This document shows, piece by piece, positions 1-12,757 of a stretch of 64,000 nucleotides of DNA. Numbering within the stretch: the stretch's first letter is position 1; each line of letters starts with the position of its first letter. The notes beneath the pieces were generated by a model that saw nothing but the letters and a program-made list of their open reading frames with translations, was not told the DNA's origin and ran no database searches. Source of the stretch: Candidatus Dormibacteria bacterium. Its GTDB lineage: Bacteria; Chloroflexota; Dormibacteria; Aeolococcales; Aeolococcaceae. A program made the position numbers and the translations under genes. The stretch spans positions 339-64,338 of the forward strand of contig JBIOIZ010000006.1 in the NCBI GenBank assembly GCA_044450385.1, in the 5' to 3' direction.

Positions 1-145
1 GCCGGTGATCATCACCCAGTGACGCAGCACTGACGACGACCGGTCCCTGTGGACCCTCAGGTGGCGATCCCCAAAGCCGCCCATAGACTTCAATCACGCC
101 AAACGCTACTATGGTAGGGCAGGTGTTTCTTAGGGGGAATGGGGA

Positions 146-334
146 ATGAAAGTACTGCTGTCGCCGGCAGACCAGACGCGCGCCCGGCAATGGCTCGCGG
201 ATCTGCACGAGGATCTCGACCTGTACCGCTATCCGACACGGGTGGAGCTGTTGCGGACTGTGGATGAGGCGGCACGCCGGGCGGACAGTTTCGCGCGATT
301 GGAGTACGCACTGGAGCACCTGCCGCTTCGCTGA
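146..334 (+). CDS. small hypothetical protein (62 aa)
   Basis: ATG preceded by purine-rich GGGGAATGGGGA; normal helical composition; no recognised family. Confidence 0.5.
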   Translation: MKVLLSPADQTRARQWLADLHEDLDLYRYPTRVELLRTVDEAARRADSFARLEYALEHLPLR

Positions 335-490
335 CAGCGGCTGGTGGGCGCAGCGCCCGCCGCCATCGCCGCGAGCGCAAGGCTCGTTGCTCGGTCAGGT
401 CATGGGCGGCTCGTCTGACGTCGAGCTGATCGAGACTGGCGAGGTTGGACCACGTGGAACTCGATTCGATCCAAACGGGATGGAAACGAC

Positions 491-1540
491 CTAGCGGAAA
501 CCGACCCCCGCGAGTGCAGCCGAGCCCGGGCAGAGTTTCTCGTAGGGGACCTGCGTGAGCGGCAGGTCGGTGGTATTGCCGAGCTCGTGCAGGTCCGACG
601 ACTGCTCGTCGATGTAGAGCAGACCGGTCACGATCTCGCCGCGACCGCGTGACGCCATCAGGTGTTCCATCACGGCCATCCGATCGGTCGGGTCGTAGCC
701 GTCCGGCACGGTGCGGAACCGAAGCGTGGCCCCATCATGCATCGGGATGCTCACGACACCCTGGTCGGGGATAGTCGCCGAGATCTCCTCCGCGGGCGGC
801 ACGAAGTCCGTCACGGTCATCTGCACGTCGTGCTGGCGTGTGAAGAGGTAGCTCTTCGTCGAGCCCTCGTGGTCGTTGAACGTAACGCACGGCGAGATCA
901 CGTCGATGATCGCGAGGCCATGATGTGCCATTGCAGCGCGGAAGATCGGTACCAGCTGGCGCTTGTCGCCGGAGAAGCCGCGCGCCAGGAAGGTTGCTCC
1001 CACCGAAAGCCCGAGGAAGATGGGGTCGATCGGCTGCAGGTGGTTGGCCTCGCCGCGCTTGGTGGTCGAGCCGACATCGGCCGACGCGGAGAACTGGCCC
1101 TTGGTCAGCCCATACACGCCGTTGTTCTCGATCACGTAGACCATGCGCACGTTGCGCCGCACCAGGTGCGCCAGGTGGCCCAGACCGATCGAGAGCGAAT
1201 CACCGTCTCCGGAGATGCCGATGCAGAGCAGGTCGCGGTTCGCGGCGCTGGCCCCGGTCGCGATCGGTGGCATGCGTCCGTGACACCCGTTGAAGCCGTG
1301 CGCGCCGCGCGCGAAGTACGCGGCGGTCTTTGCCGAACAACCGATACCGCTCAGCTTGGCGATCATGTGCGGCGGTGTGTTGCTCTCCCACAACGCGTGG
1401 GTGATCGCCGCAGTGACCGAGTCGTGCCCGCAGCCGGCGCAGAGCGTCGACATTCCACCCTCGTAGTCGCGGATCGTGAGACCGAGCACATTGCGCTCGA
1501 GGCCGGGGTGCGTCACCGCGGGCTTGACGATGGATGGCAC
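491..1540 (-). CDS. korB: 2-oxoacid:ferredoxin oxidoreductase beta subunit (TPP-binding)
   Basis: CAGCG, SGIGCS, HGR, GDGD...ENNGVYGLTKGQ TPP motif, SPCVTFN. Confidence 0.93.
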   Translation of the reverse strand: MPSIVKPAVTHPGLERNVLGLTIRDYEGGMSTLCAGCGHDSVTAAITHALWESNTPPHMIAKLSGIGCSAKTAAYFARGAHGFNGCHGRMPPIATGASAANRDLLCIGISGDGDSLSIGLGHLAHLVRRNVRMVYVIENNGVYGLTKGQFSASADVGSTTKRGEANHLQPIDPIFLGLSVGATFLARGFSGDKRQLVPIFRAAMAHHGLAIIDVISPCVTFNDHEGSTKSYLFTRQHDVQMTVTDFVPPAEEISATIPDQGVVSIPMHDGATLRFRTVPDGYDPTDRMAVMEHLMASRGRGEIVTGLLYIDEQSSDLHELGNTTDLPLTQVPYEKLCPGSAALAGVGFR

Positions 1541-1543
1541 CCG

Positions 1544-3361
1544 TCAGGCCTCCAGGATCTTGGTGACGCCGTCGACGACGTCCTCGGCGCTCAAGGGGTA
1601 CCCGCCGTAGGCGAGCACGGACCGCAGCTTCTCCTTCGACACGGGCGTCTCGAGAGTGAGCAGGGTGCGCAGCTGCCCGTCGCGGTTCTGCTCGACGACC
1701 ACGATGGTCTCGTGCTCTTCGAGGAACGCGCGCACCCCCGCGCCGAAGGGAAAGCCCCGGATGCGCATGTAGTCCGCGATGACGTCGCGCTTCGCGAGCA
1801 GCTCACGTGCCTCCAGGACCGCGAGCTCGCAGCTTCCCAGCGTCACGATCGCGAGCGCCGAGTGCGCGTGCTGTTCCACGAGGGGAGCCGGCGTGTGCTC
1901 GGCGGCCGCCGTGTGCTTGCGCGCGAGGCGATCAAGAACCGCCTGGTATTCCTCGGGATATTCGGTGTACCCGCCTTCGATCGTGTGGCCCGACCCGCGC
2001 GTGAAATAGGCGCCGAGCTCGCTCACACCCGGGAGCGTGCGCGCCGCGACCGACTCCGCATCCGCGGGTTCGTAACGGTGGAACACCTCGAGCTCACGCA
2101 GGTCCGCCGCCTCGAGCACGCGTCCCCGGTCGGGCACGTAGGAGTCGTCCCAGGTCAGCGCCGGGCTCACCCAGTCGTTCATGCCGATGTCGAGGTCGGA
2201 GAGCACGAACACCGGGGTCTGAAAGCGCTCGGCCAGGTCGAACGCGGTCGCCGCCATCTCGAAGCACTCCGCGGGATGCGCGGGGAACAGCAGGATGTGC
2301 TTGGTGTCACCGTGCGACGCATAGGCGCAGGCGAGGATGTCCGCCTGCTGCACGCGCGTCGGCATCCCCGTCGACGGGCCCACCCGCTGCACGTCGAAGA
2401 CGACCGCTGGAATTTCCGCGTAATAGCCCATGCCGAGCAGCTCCTGCATCAGCGAGATCCCGGGACCCGACGTCGAGGTGAACGCGCGTGCTCCCGCCCA
2501 CGACGCCCCGAGGACCATGCCGATGGCGGCAAGCTCGTCCTCGGCCTGCAACACCAGGTAGTTGTTGCGCCCCGTCTCGGGATCGCGCCGGAATTTGGCG
2601 CAGTACTTGGCAAAGGCGTCCATGAGCGACGTTGACGGCGTGATCGGATACCAGGCCGCAACCGTCGCGCCGGCATACACGCAGCCGAGCGCCGCGGCCG
2701 TGTTGCCGTCGATGAGGATCGATCCCTGGGTTGCGTTCATGGTCTCGACGCGGCAGGGCAGCGGGTAGTCGAAATGCGAGGTCGCGAAATCGTGCCCGAG
2801 CCGGAGCGCGCGCTGGTTTGACTGACGCAGGCGATCCTTGCCGGCGAACTGCTCGGTGAGCAGCTGCGCGATCACCTCCATGTCGATACCGAGCATCGCC
2901 ACGAGCGCGCCGGCGCAGGCGATGTTCTTCATCAGGATCCGCTCGCGCGGTCCTCGGAACTCGTCGTTGCACATCTCCGCGAGCGGCACGCCGAGGTAAG
3001 TGACGTCCTCGCGGATCAGGTCGCGGTCGAGCGGCCATGACGAGTCGTACATGGTGAAGCCGCCGCTCGCGACCTCGGCGACGTCACGAGCGTATGTCTG
3101 CCCGTTCATGGCCACCATCAGGTCGTACTCACGGGCTCGAGCGACGTGCCCATCCTTGTTGACACGGATCTCGTACCACGTCGGCAGCCCCTGGATGTTC
3201 GACGGGAACAGGTTCTTCCCCGACACGGGCACGCCCATGCGGAAGATCGAGCGCATCAGCAGGTTGTTGGCGCTCGACGACCCGGTGCCGTTGACGTTGG
3301 CGAGCTTCAAGGCGAAGTCGTTCACCTTCGAATGGGTCGGTTGAAAACGCTCCTCGGCCAT
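1544..3361 (-). CDS. korA: 2-oxoacid:acceptor oxidoreductase alpha subunit (fused gamma domain)
   Basis: NGTGSSS, YPITP, QAEDELAA, TSTSGPG, QRVGPSTGMPT; start placed at ATG 3361, next to the upstream stop. Confidence 0.93.
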   Translation of the reverse strand: MAEERFQPTHSKVNDFALKLANVNGTGSSSANNLLMRSIFRMGVPVSGKNLFPSNIQGLPTWYEIRVNKDGHVARAREYDLMVAMNGQTYARDVAEVASGGFTMYDSSWPLDRDLIREDVTYLGVPLAEMCNDEFRGPRERILMKNIACAGALVAMLGIDMEVIAQLLTEQFAGKDRLRQSNQRALRLGHDFATSHFDYPLPCRVETMNATQGSILIDGNTAAALGCVYAGATVAAWYPITPSTSLMDAFAKYCAKFRRDPETGRNNYLVLQAEDELAAIGMVLGASWAGARAFTSTSGPGISLMQELLGMGYYAEIPAVVFDVQRVGPSTGMPTRVQQADILACAYASHGDTKHILLFPAHPAECFEMAATAFDLAERFQTPVFVLSDLDIGMNDWVSPALTWDDSYVPDRGRVLEAADLRELEVFHRYEPADAESVAARTLPGVSELGAYFTRGSGHTIEGGYTEYPEEYQAVLDRLARKHTAAAEHTPAPLVEQHAHSALAIVTLGSCELAVLEARELLAKRDVIADYMRIRGFPFGAGVRAFLEEHETIVVVEQNRDGQLRTLLTLETPVSKEKLRSVLAYGGYPLSAEDVVDGVTKILEA

Positions 3362-3362
3362 G

Positions 3363-5141
3363 TCAGGTTGCCACCGGGATCGGCGTGGAGACCGCAAGCG
3401 GGATCAACAGCTCGAATTTCTGCATGTCCCACGCCGCGGTCGGGCAACGCTCGGCGCACAGGCCGCAGTGGACACAGAGATCCTCGTCCTTGACCATGAC
3501 GCGCCCCGTCTGCGGCAGTGCTGCTGAGACGTACAGCGCCTGGTCGAGGTTCCGGGCGGGGGCGGACAGCCGCGTCCGCAGATCGGCTTCATCGCCGTTC
3601 TCCGTGATCGTCAGGCACTGCACGGGGCAGATGTCGAGACACGCGTCGCATTCGATGCAGAGCGGCGCCGAGAAAACGGTCTGGATGTCGCAGTTGAGAC
3701 AGCGCTGCACCTCGCGCGCCGTCTGCTCGGCGGAGAAGCCGAGCTCCACCTCGGTGCCGATGCTCTGGAACCGGCGTGTGAGCTCAACGTGCTGCATGCG
3801 CTGGCGTGAGGACGGGTTGTAGTCGTTGTGATAGCTCCACTCGGTGAGCCCCATCTTCTGGCTGACGAGGTTGATGCCCTGCGGCGGTCGCAGCGTGACC
3901 GGGGTGCGCTCGCAATGGTTGTGGATGGAGATCGCCGCCTGGTGACCATGCTCCACAGCCCAGATGATGTTCTTGGGTCCCATCGCGGAGTCGCCGCCGA
4001 AGAACACCCCCGGCAGCGACGACTGGAAGGTAACCGGGTCGACCACCGGCATATCCCAATCGCCGAGCTCGAGACCGAGGTCGCGCTCGATCCATGGAAA
4101 CGCGTTCTCCTGACCGATGGCGAGGATGACGTCGTCGCACGGGATGACGACCCTGTCGACAACCTTGGAGTGACGTGCCTCCTCATCCCATTCGAGACGC
4201 TCGAACTCCATGCCGACAAGCCGCCCGTCCTCGATGACGAATCGCGTCGGGGCATGGTTCACGATGATCTCGATGCCCTCCTCCTCGGCGTCCTCGAGCT
4301 CCCACGAGGAGGCCTTGAAGAACGAGCGGGGGCGGCGAGCCATGACCTTGATGTCGGTGCCACCGAGCCGGAGCGACGAGCGGCAGCAGTCCATCGCCGT
4401 GTTCCCGACGCCGATGATCAGCACGCGCTCGCCGATCTTCTCGGTGTGGCCGAACGCGACCGACTCCAACCAATCGATTCCGATGTGGATCCGATCGCTC
4501 TCACGCCGACCCGGTACGTCGAGATCCTTGCCGCGCGGGGCGCCGGTGCCGATGAACACGGCATCGAAGTCCTGCTCGAGCAGGCTGCGGAGACTCGACA
4601 CCGGCGTATTCAGACGGAGGTCGACGCCCATGTCCACGATGGTTGCGATCTCCTCATCGATCACCTCTGCAGGCAACCGGAAGGCCGGGATATTGGTGCG
4701 CATGAGGCCACCGGCCTGGTCGTGCTGCTCGAGGATGACCACCTCGTAGCCAAGCGGCATGAGGTCGTTGGCCACGGTGAGGGATGCGGGCCCGGCGCCG
4801 ATACAGACGACGCGCCGTCCTGACTTGATCGAGGGGATCAGCGGAAGGCGATCGGCGATGTCGCCACGCAGGTCGGAGGCGACGCGCTTGAGGCGGCAGA
4901 TTGCCACCGGCGAGCCATCGATCCTGCTTCTCCGGCACGCGGGCTCGCAGGGGCGGTCGCAGGTGCGTCCGAGAATCCCGGGAAACACGTTGGACTCGCG
5001 GTTCGACATGTATGCGTCCGTGTACCGCCCCTGAGCGATCAGACGGATGTACTCGGGAACGTTGGTGTGGGCCGGGCAGGCCCACTGGCAATCCACGACC
5101 CGATGGAAGTAATTCGGGGCCGACGTATCGGTGGGATTCAC
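3363..5141 (-). CDS. GltD/NfnB-like FAD/NAD(P)-dependent oxidoreductase with C-terminal 2x[4Fe-4S] domain
   Basis: CQWACP, GRTCDRPCEPAC, GAGPA, GVGNTAMD, CIECDACLDICP and CVHCGLCAERCP; GTG start at 5141 inferred. Confidence 0.88.
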   Translation of the reverse strand: MNPTDTSAPNYFHRVVDCQWACPAHTNVPEYIRLIAQGRYTDAYMSNRESNVFPGILGRTCDRPCEPACRRSRIDGSPVAICRLKRVASDLRGDIADRLPLIPSIKSGRRVVCIGAGPASLTVANDLMPLGYEVVILEQHDQAGGLMRTNIPAFRLPAEVIDEEIATIVDMGVDLRLNTPVSSLRSLLEQDFDAVFIGTGAPRGKDLDVPGRRESDRIHIGIDWLESVAFGHTEKIGERVLIIGVGNTAMDCCRSSLRLGGTDIKVMARRPRSFFKASSWELEDAEEEGIEIIVNHAPTRFVIEDGRLVGMEFERLEWDEEARHSKVVDRVVIPCDDVILAIGQENAFPWIERDLGLELGDWDMPVVDPVTFQSSLPGVFFGGDSAMGPKNIIWAVEHGHQAAISIHNHCERTPVTLRPPQGINLVSQKMGLTEWSYHNDYNPSSRQRMQHVELTRRFQSIGTEVELGFSAEQTAREVQRCLNCDIQTVFSAPLCIECDACLDICPVQCLTITENGDEADLRTRLSAPARNLDQALYVSAALPQTGRVMVKDEDLCVHCGLCAERCPTAAWDMQKFELLIPLAVSTPIPVAT

Positions 5142-5268
5142 GTGGTGGGTTTGGATTCCTGGACTTGGACCGTGTTGCGTACTTACATGGTGACACCGCA
5201 GCGCTGAAGCGCGGGGGTTCGTCGCCATTCCGCGTCCCCTGTGAGACCGCCGATACACTCTGTCTCAG

Positions 5269-6291
5269 ATGGGTGATCTTCGCTACGCGGACGCCGGCGT
5301 CGACATCGATGAGGGCAATCGCGCCGTCAGCCTGATCCGGCGCGCCATCGCATCGACCCACACCCCCCAGGTGCTCGGTGGTATTGGGGCGTTCAGTGGG
5401 CTGTTCGCCCTCGAGCCGGGGTCGCCAAATGGACGCGTGCTCGCCTCCAGCACCGACTCGGTGGGCACCAAGGTCAAGGTCGCCATCGCCACGGGGCGTC
5501 ACCGCGGCATCGGTGTCGACCTGGTCAACCACTGCGTCAACGACATCCTCTGCTGCGGCGCAGAGCCGCTCTTCTTTCTCGACTACTACGCCACGGGCAA
5601 ACTGGTGCCGGAACAGCTCGCTGAGCTCATCGAGGGCATCGCGGAGGCCTGCCGGGCCGCCGGCTGCGCGCTCATCGGCGGGGAGACAGCGGAGATGCCG
5701 GGCGTCTACGGGCTCGGCGACTACGATATCGCCGGTTTCATCGTCGGCTCCGTCGAGGCCTCGGCGATCATCGACGGGAGCCGCGTCCAGGCGGGCGATG
5801 TGCTCCTCGCGCTCCCGAGCAGCGGGCTGCACACCAACGGCTACTCCCTCGTCCGCCACATCGTCGCCGAGCACGAGCTCCAGTGGTCCGATGTCCTGCC
5901 GGGCACGGACAGGCCGCTGGTCGACCTGCTGCTCGAGCCGCACCGTTGCTACCTCCAGGCGATTCGCGAGCTGCGCACCATCATCGATGTGCGTGCGATG
6001 GCGCACATCACCGGCGGCGGAGTGATCGACAACGTCCCGCGCGTGCTCCCCAACGGACTGGCTGCGACCATCGAACGATCGACCTGGACGGTGCCGCCGA
6101 TCTTCACGGCCATCCAGCAGAACGGCGGCGTCCACCTCGAGGAGATGTGGCGCACCTTCAACATGGGGGTGGGGATGGTCGTGATCGTTCCCCCGGACGT
6201 CCCACCGATCGCCTCAGCTGCCGGGGTTCCGGTCTGGCGCATCGGAGAGGTTGTCCCGCAGTCCGGCACCCGGCGGGTCATCCTCCGGTGA
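5269..6291 (+). CDS. purM: phosphoribosylformylglycinamidine cyclo-ligase
   Basis: YADAGVDI, DSVGTK, VND, GGETAEMP, SSGLHTNGYSL, HITGGG, TFNMGVG. Confidence 0.97.
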   Translation: MGDLRYADAGVDIDEGNRAVSLIRRAIASTHTPQVLGGIGAFSGLFALEPGSPNGRVLASSTDSVGTKVKVAIATGRHRGIGVDLVNHCVNDILCCGAEPLFFLDYYATGKLVPEQLAELIEGIAEACRAAGCALIGGETAEMPGVYGLGDYDIAGFIVGSVEASAIIDGSRVQAGDVLLALPSSGLHTNGYSLVRHIVAEHELQWSDVLPGTDRPLVDLLLEPHRCYLQAIRELRTIIDVRAMAHITGGGVIDNVPRVLPNGLAATIERSTWTVPPIFTAIQQNGGVHLEEMWRTFNMGVGMVVIVPPDVPPIASAAGVPVWRIGEVVPQSGTRRVILR

Positions 6292-6932
6292 GCGAACGTA
6301 CCCCCGTCGGGGTGCTGGTATCGGGAGCCGGGACCAACCTCGACGCGCTGCTCCAGGCATGCAAGGACCCCGAGTTCCCCGCGCGAGTTGCGCTGGTGGT
6401 CTCGAACCGGCGGAGCGCGCACGCCCTGGACGTCGCGCGCGGGTGGGGAATTCCGGCGGTGGCATTGCCCCAGTCGGATTTCGATGGAGACGCCGCCGCC
6501 AGGGACCGTGAGATTCGCGAGCGCTTCCAGGCAGCCGGAGTGCGCCTGGTGGTGTGTGCGGGCTACGACCGCATCCTCAGCGACGAGTTTCTCGACGCCT
6601 ATCCCGACGCCATCCTCAACGTGCATCCCTCGCTCCTCCCCGCCTTCGCGGGCGGCATGGACGCCGTTGAGCGAGCCCTCGAGCGCGGCGTGCGCGTGAC
6701 CGGATGCACCGTGCAACTGCTCGAACGTGGAGAGGCCGACGGGGGACCGATCGTGCTCCAGGCCGCCGTACCGGTGGAGATGGACGACGACGCCCCGGCG
6801 TTGCGGCGACGGATCCACGAACGTGAGTGGGAACTGCTGCCCCGCGCCGTGGCGCTCTGGAGCACGGATCGGCTGCAGCGGGAGGGCAACCGCGTTCGGG
6901 TGCTTCCGGCGCCGGCGGCGGCGCAGGTGTGA
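6288..6932 (+). CDS. purN: phosphoribosylglycinamide formyltransferase
   Basis: SGAGTNL, NVHPSLLP, GCTV, DGGPIV; GTGA overlap with the purM stop. Confidence 0.95.
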   Translation: MSERTPVGVLVSGAGTNLDALLQACKDPEFPARVALVVSNRRSAHALDVARGWGIPAVALPQSDFDGDAAARDREIRERFQAAGVRLVVCAGYDRILSDEFLDAYPDAILNVHPSLLPAFAGGMDAVERALERGVRVTGCTVQLLERGEADGGPIVLQAAVPVEMDDDAPALRRRIHEREWELLPRAVALWSTDRLQREGNRVRVLPAPAAAQV

Positions 6933-8458
6933 GCAAACGCGCTCTGCTGTCGGTGAGCGACAAGACCGGCCTGGTCGACTTCGCGCGAGGGCTGATCGAA
7001 CGCGGCTACGACCTGGTCGCGACGAGCAGCACCAGCCGCGTCCTCGCAGCGGCGGGGCTCGACGTCCAGGCGGTGGCCGACGTCACCGGGTTCCCGGAGA
7101 TGCTCGACGGGCGAGTGCGAACGCTCCACCCGGCGATCCACGCCGGCATCCTCGCCCGTCGCGACGATCCCGACCACATGCGCCAGCTCGCCGAAAGCCG
7201 CTACGAGCCGATCGACATGGTGGTCGTCTCCCTCTACCCGTTCGCCGAGACGCTCGCGCGCGGTGCAGATGACGACACGATTGTCGAGAACATCGACATC
7301 GGCGGTCCGACCATGATTCGCGCCGCCGCCAAGAATCGTGACTCGGTCACCGCCGTGGTGTCGCCCGCGCAGTACCCGGCAGTCCTTGGCGAGCTGCGCG
7401 AACACGGCTCGGTCTCCGAGGCGACCCGCCACCGGCTGGCTGCCGAGGCATTCGCGCACGTCGCCGCATACGACACCCAGGTTGCCGCGTGGCTGCGCAG
7501 CGGCATTGGGGGCGAGGGACTCCCCGCGGAGCTGACCATCGGCGGCCCACGATTGCACGAGCTCCGCTACGGCGAGAACCCCCACCAGCGTGGCGCGCTG
7601 TACGCCGTCCCAGGCCCACCCGGCGGCATGGCGCACGCGCGCCAGCTGCAGGGCGCACCGCTGTCGTTCACCAACTGGCTCGACGTCGACACCGCGCGCG
7701 CCCTGGTGGCCGAGTTCCACGAGCCCGCAGCCTGCGTGATCAAGCACACCAACCCGTGCGGCTTCGCCACGGGCGACAGCGCGGTCGACGCCTACCGGCG
7801 GGCGTACGAATGCGACCCCCGCTCCGCCTACGGCGGCATCGTCGGGATCAATCGCACGATCGACCTTGCCAGCGCGACGGCGCTGACCGAGACGTTCCTC
7901 GAGGCCGTCGTCTGTCCGGCCGTTGACGACGACGCGGCGGCGCACCTCGCCGGCAAACCGCGGATCCGCGTCCTGATCGTCGATCGGCCATCGCGCGCAG
8001 AGCCGCTCGATGTCAGGAGCATCGACGGCGGCCTGCTGGTCCAGTCGCGCGATCGCGTGAACGTCGACCGCTCGACCATGTCCGTCGCCAGCCAGCGCCA
8101 GCCCGATGAAGACGAGTGGCGCAATCTCCTCGTCGCCTGGCGGGTCTGCCGGCACGTCAAGTCCAATGCAGTGGTCATCGTCCGGGACGGAATGGCGGTC
8201 GGCGTCGGCGCCGGTCAGATGTCCCGCGTGGAGTCATCGGAGCTCGCGGTGGCGCGTGCGGGCGACCGATCAGCCGGAGCTGTTGCCGCCTCGGACGCGT
8301 TCTTCCCGATGCCGGACGGCCTGGAGACCCTGGGCAAGGCCGGTGTGCGCTCGGTCATTCATCCGGGCGGGAGCAAGAACGACTCGAAGGTCACCGAGGC
8401 AGGCGACGCGCTGGGAATGGCGGTTGTGCTCGCCGGGGAGCGTCACTTCCGCCACTGA
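6929..8458 (+). CDS. purH: bifunctional AICAR transformylase/IMP cyclohydrolase
   Basis: ALLSVSDK, MLDGRVRTLHP, IDIGGP, RYGENPHQ, KHTNPCG, KSNA, GAGQMSR, ASDAFFP, RHFRH. Confidence 0.97.
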   Translation: MSKRALLSVSDKTGLVDFARGLIERGYDLVATSSTSRVLAAAGLDVQAVADVTGFPEMLDGRVRTLHPAIHAGILARRDDPDHMRQLAESRYEPIDMVVVSLYPFAETLARGADDDTIVENIDIGGPTMIRAAAKNRDSVTAVVSPAQYPAVLGELREHGSVSEATRHRLAAEAFAHVAAYDTQVAAWLRSGIGGEGLPAELTIGGPRLHELRYGENPHQRGALYAVPGPPGGMAHARQLQGAPLSFTNWLDVDTARALVAEFHEPAACVIKHTNPCGFATGDSAVDAYRRAYECDPRSAYGGIVGINRTIDLASATALTETFLEAVVCPAVDDDAAAHLAGKPRIRVLIVDRPSRAEPLDVRSIDGGLLVQSRDRVNVDRSTMSVASQRQPDEDEWRNLLVAWRVCRHVKSNAVVIVRDGMAVGVGAGQMSRVESSELAVARAGDRSAGAVAASDAFFPMPDGLETLGKAGVRSVIHPGGSKNDSKVTEAGDALGMAVVLAGERHFRH

Positions 8459-8493
8459 CCCGGGCCGCGACACGGCCGCCGGGCGGCATGGGA

Positions 8494-8871
8494 CTAGCGC
8501 CCGTTGCGCCGCCCGTTCTTGTCGTGTTTCGACTGGTCCTCGATGCAATACCGTGCGGTCGGGATCGCCTCGAGGCGCGCTTCACTGATCGGCTGGCCAC
8601 ATGCCTCGCACTGCCCGTAGGCGCCATTGTCGACGCGCTTGACCGCAGCCTCGAGCTCCGCAAGTTCGAGCTCGGCATGCTGGAGGACGCTGTGGTCGAT
8701 CTCGAGCCCGATGGTCTCGCTCGCCAGCTCCGCAGGGTGCTGCTCCGCCGAGGACAGCTCGCGTTCGGTTGCCTCCTGCGCATCGGCGGTCAGCCGGTTC
8801 GCCGCGCTGCGAAGCTCCTCGATCCGGGCTCGTTCGGTCAGCAGCCGGGTGCGGGCCTCGTCGGTGTTCAT
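8494..8871 (-). CDS. TraR/DksA (YteA-like) zinc-finger protein
   Basis: coiled coil with QHPAELASE followed by YGQCEACGQPISEARLEAIPTARYC; start ATG 8871 inferred. Confidence 0.85.
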   Translation of the reverse strand: MNTDEARTRLLTERARIEELRSAANRLTADAQEATERELSSAEQHPAELASETIGLEIDHSVLQHAELELAELEAAVKRVDNGAYGQCEACGQPISEARLEAIPTARYCIEDQSKHDKNGRRNGR

Positions 8872-9015
8872 GGTGTGGGTCAACCCTCGTGTCTGCTTCA
8901 GCGCGGTCTCGCCCGGTCGCGGCGCGCTCGCGACGTGATCACGACTTCGATCCATCGCTGCTCGTCCACTCTCGGCCCGCAGGTATGCCACCCCATTCTC
9001 ACGATTGGGCCCGGG

Positions 9016-11220
<2,205 letters not shown>

Positions 11221-11230
11221 AGGTCGATGG

Positions 11231-12757
11231 TCACTGGTTGGTACCGCGGAGCAGGAACCTCAGCGGGATCTGAACCCAGCTCGGGCGGTGACCCAGCTCG
11301 TATCCGATCTCGTATATGGCCTTCTGGACCTCGAAGGCGCGACGGAGCACGAGCGACGGTCCCGGGGCCGGCAGGATGGGCCGGGAACCGATGGTCTCGA
11401 GGTACGCACTCCAGAAGGCATCGCGATTGGCATCGGCCCACGCCTCGCCGTAGCCGAGGAGCAGCTTCGCCTCCGCGCCGTCCAGCGGGGCGCGCTCGAC
11501 GATGGCCGCCGCTGCGGCATAGTCGAAGGAGCGGAGCATGGCCGCCACATCCCGGAGCGGCGAGCTGAGCTGACGCCGCTCCTCGGGAGTCCGGTCAGGC
11601 TCGCCTTCGAAATCGAGGATGACCCAGCCGATGTCGATCCGCAGCAGCTGGCCGAGGTGCAGGTCACCGTGGATCCGGGTGAGCAGTCCGCCCGGCGAGA
11701 GGCTGCGAATCTGGTCGAAGCGACCGACGACGGCATCCCTCGCGTCGCGGAGCGGATCGAGCGCCGGCTCGTCGCGTGCAAGCAGTTGATCGAGCTCCGC
11801 AGTCATGGTATTCGCCCACGCATTGAGCGATTCCTCGCTCAGCGGCGCCGGCGCCATGTCGCTGCCCGGAGGCCCCGACGCCAGCGCGACGTGCATCTCC
11901 GCGATCACCTTGCCGACGCGCATCGACTCGGCGAGGAAGGCGGCATCCTGCTCATCGACGAGGGCGCGGCGCTGCGCGGGATCGCCGGGACCCGCCGACT
12001 CGGCGTTGGCATACAGGTCGCGAAGCGACGTGAGCGCAAGCGCCCATCCCTCGGTGCTGTTGTGCAGAAACGGCTGCACGATCACGAGCGGCGACGGCGC
12101 CTCGTCGCGCCTTTCCCACAACCCGCGACCCAGCACTGCCGCGAGGTGCTTGAATCCCGCAGCCTGAAGCGCGTCGGCCATCTCGAGTTCCTGCGATGGT
12201 CCCGTCTCGACGCGGCGCAGATGTTTGAGAAAGATCGCGTCGCCCACCTCGACGGACGTGTTGCTCTGCTCCACCCTCAGCAGGCGCACCGACGACAGGT
12301 TGCCGGTGTCGAGCGCCTCAGGATCAGGGCACGAGAAACGCAATGTCCCGCCGGTCGTGTGCAGTACGAGCTGGTCGCGAATTGCACTGAGCAGCCATTC
12401 GATGTACGTCGAGTCACCGACCGCGTCGTAGAGGACGATCGGATCTGGCGCCTGCGCCCACGGGATCATGAATTCGGGCGCACGCTCGGTGATGGAGTCA
12501 CCGACCGGGCGGATGCCGAGTGGGAGTGCGTACCTCGTGGTCCGGCCGTCGGTGAAGGTGACCGCGGTCAGGGTGTGCAGCAGGATTGGCGAGCGCTCGC
12601 TGATCACCGCCGCATCGACTATTGCCGTCGTCTTGATGGTGCGTCCCTGGGCACCGGCCCAACGCTGCCGGGCGATGTACTCGGCGAGCGCGCCCTCGCA
12701 ATTCTCGATGCGATGGTCCCGGAGAATGGCGGTCACGTCGCCGTCCTGCGTGCTCAT
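11231..12757 (-). CDS. mak: maltokinase (Pep2/Mak)
   Basis: [36 protein letters not shown]; lies between treS and glgB. Confidence 0.9.
   Translation of the reverse strand: MSTQDGDVTAILRDHRIENCEGALAEYIARQRWAGAQGRTIKTTAIVDAAVISERSPILLHTLTAVTFTDGRTTRYALPLGIRPVGDSITERAPEFMIPWAQAPDPIVLYDAVGDSTYIEWLLSAIRDQLVLHTTGGTLRFSCPDPEALDTGNLSSVRLLRVEQSNTSVEVGDAIFLKHLRRVETGPSQELEMADALQAAGFKHLAAVLGRGLWERRDEAPSPLVIVQPFLHNSTEGWALALTSLRDLYANAESAGPGDPAQRRALVDEQDAAFLAESMRVGKVIAEMHVALASGPPGSDMAPAPLSEESLNAWANTMTAELDQLLARDEPALDPLRDARDAVVGRFDQIRSLSPGGLLTRIHGDLHLGQLLRIDIGWVILDFEGEPDRTPEERRQLSSPLRDVAAMLRSFDYAAAAAIVERAPLDGAEAKLLLGYGEAWADANRDAFWSAYLETIGSRPILPAPGPSLVLRRAFEVQKAIYEIGYELGHRPSWVQIPLRFLLRGTNQ

Noticed and set aside
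662-2635. Long antisense or alternate-frame ORFs (also 11042-12787, 14685-17045, 22624-25197, 30361-32484 and others)
   Set aside because: Shadow ORFs opposite well-supported genes, expected in high-GC DNA.
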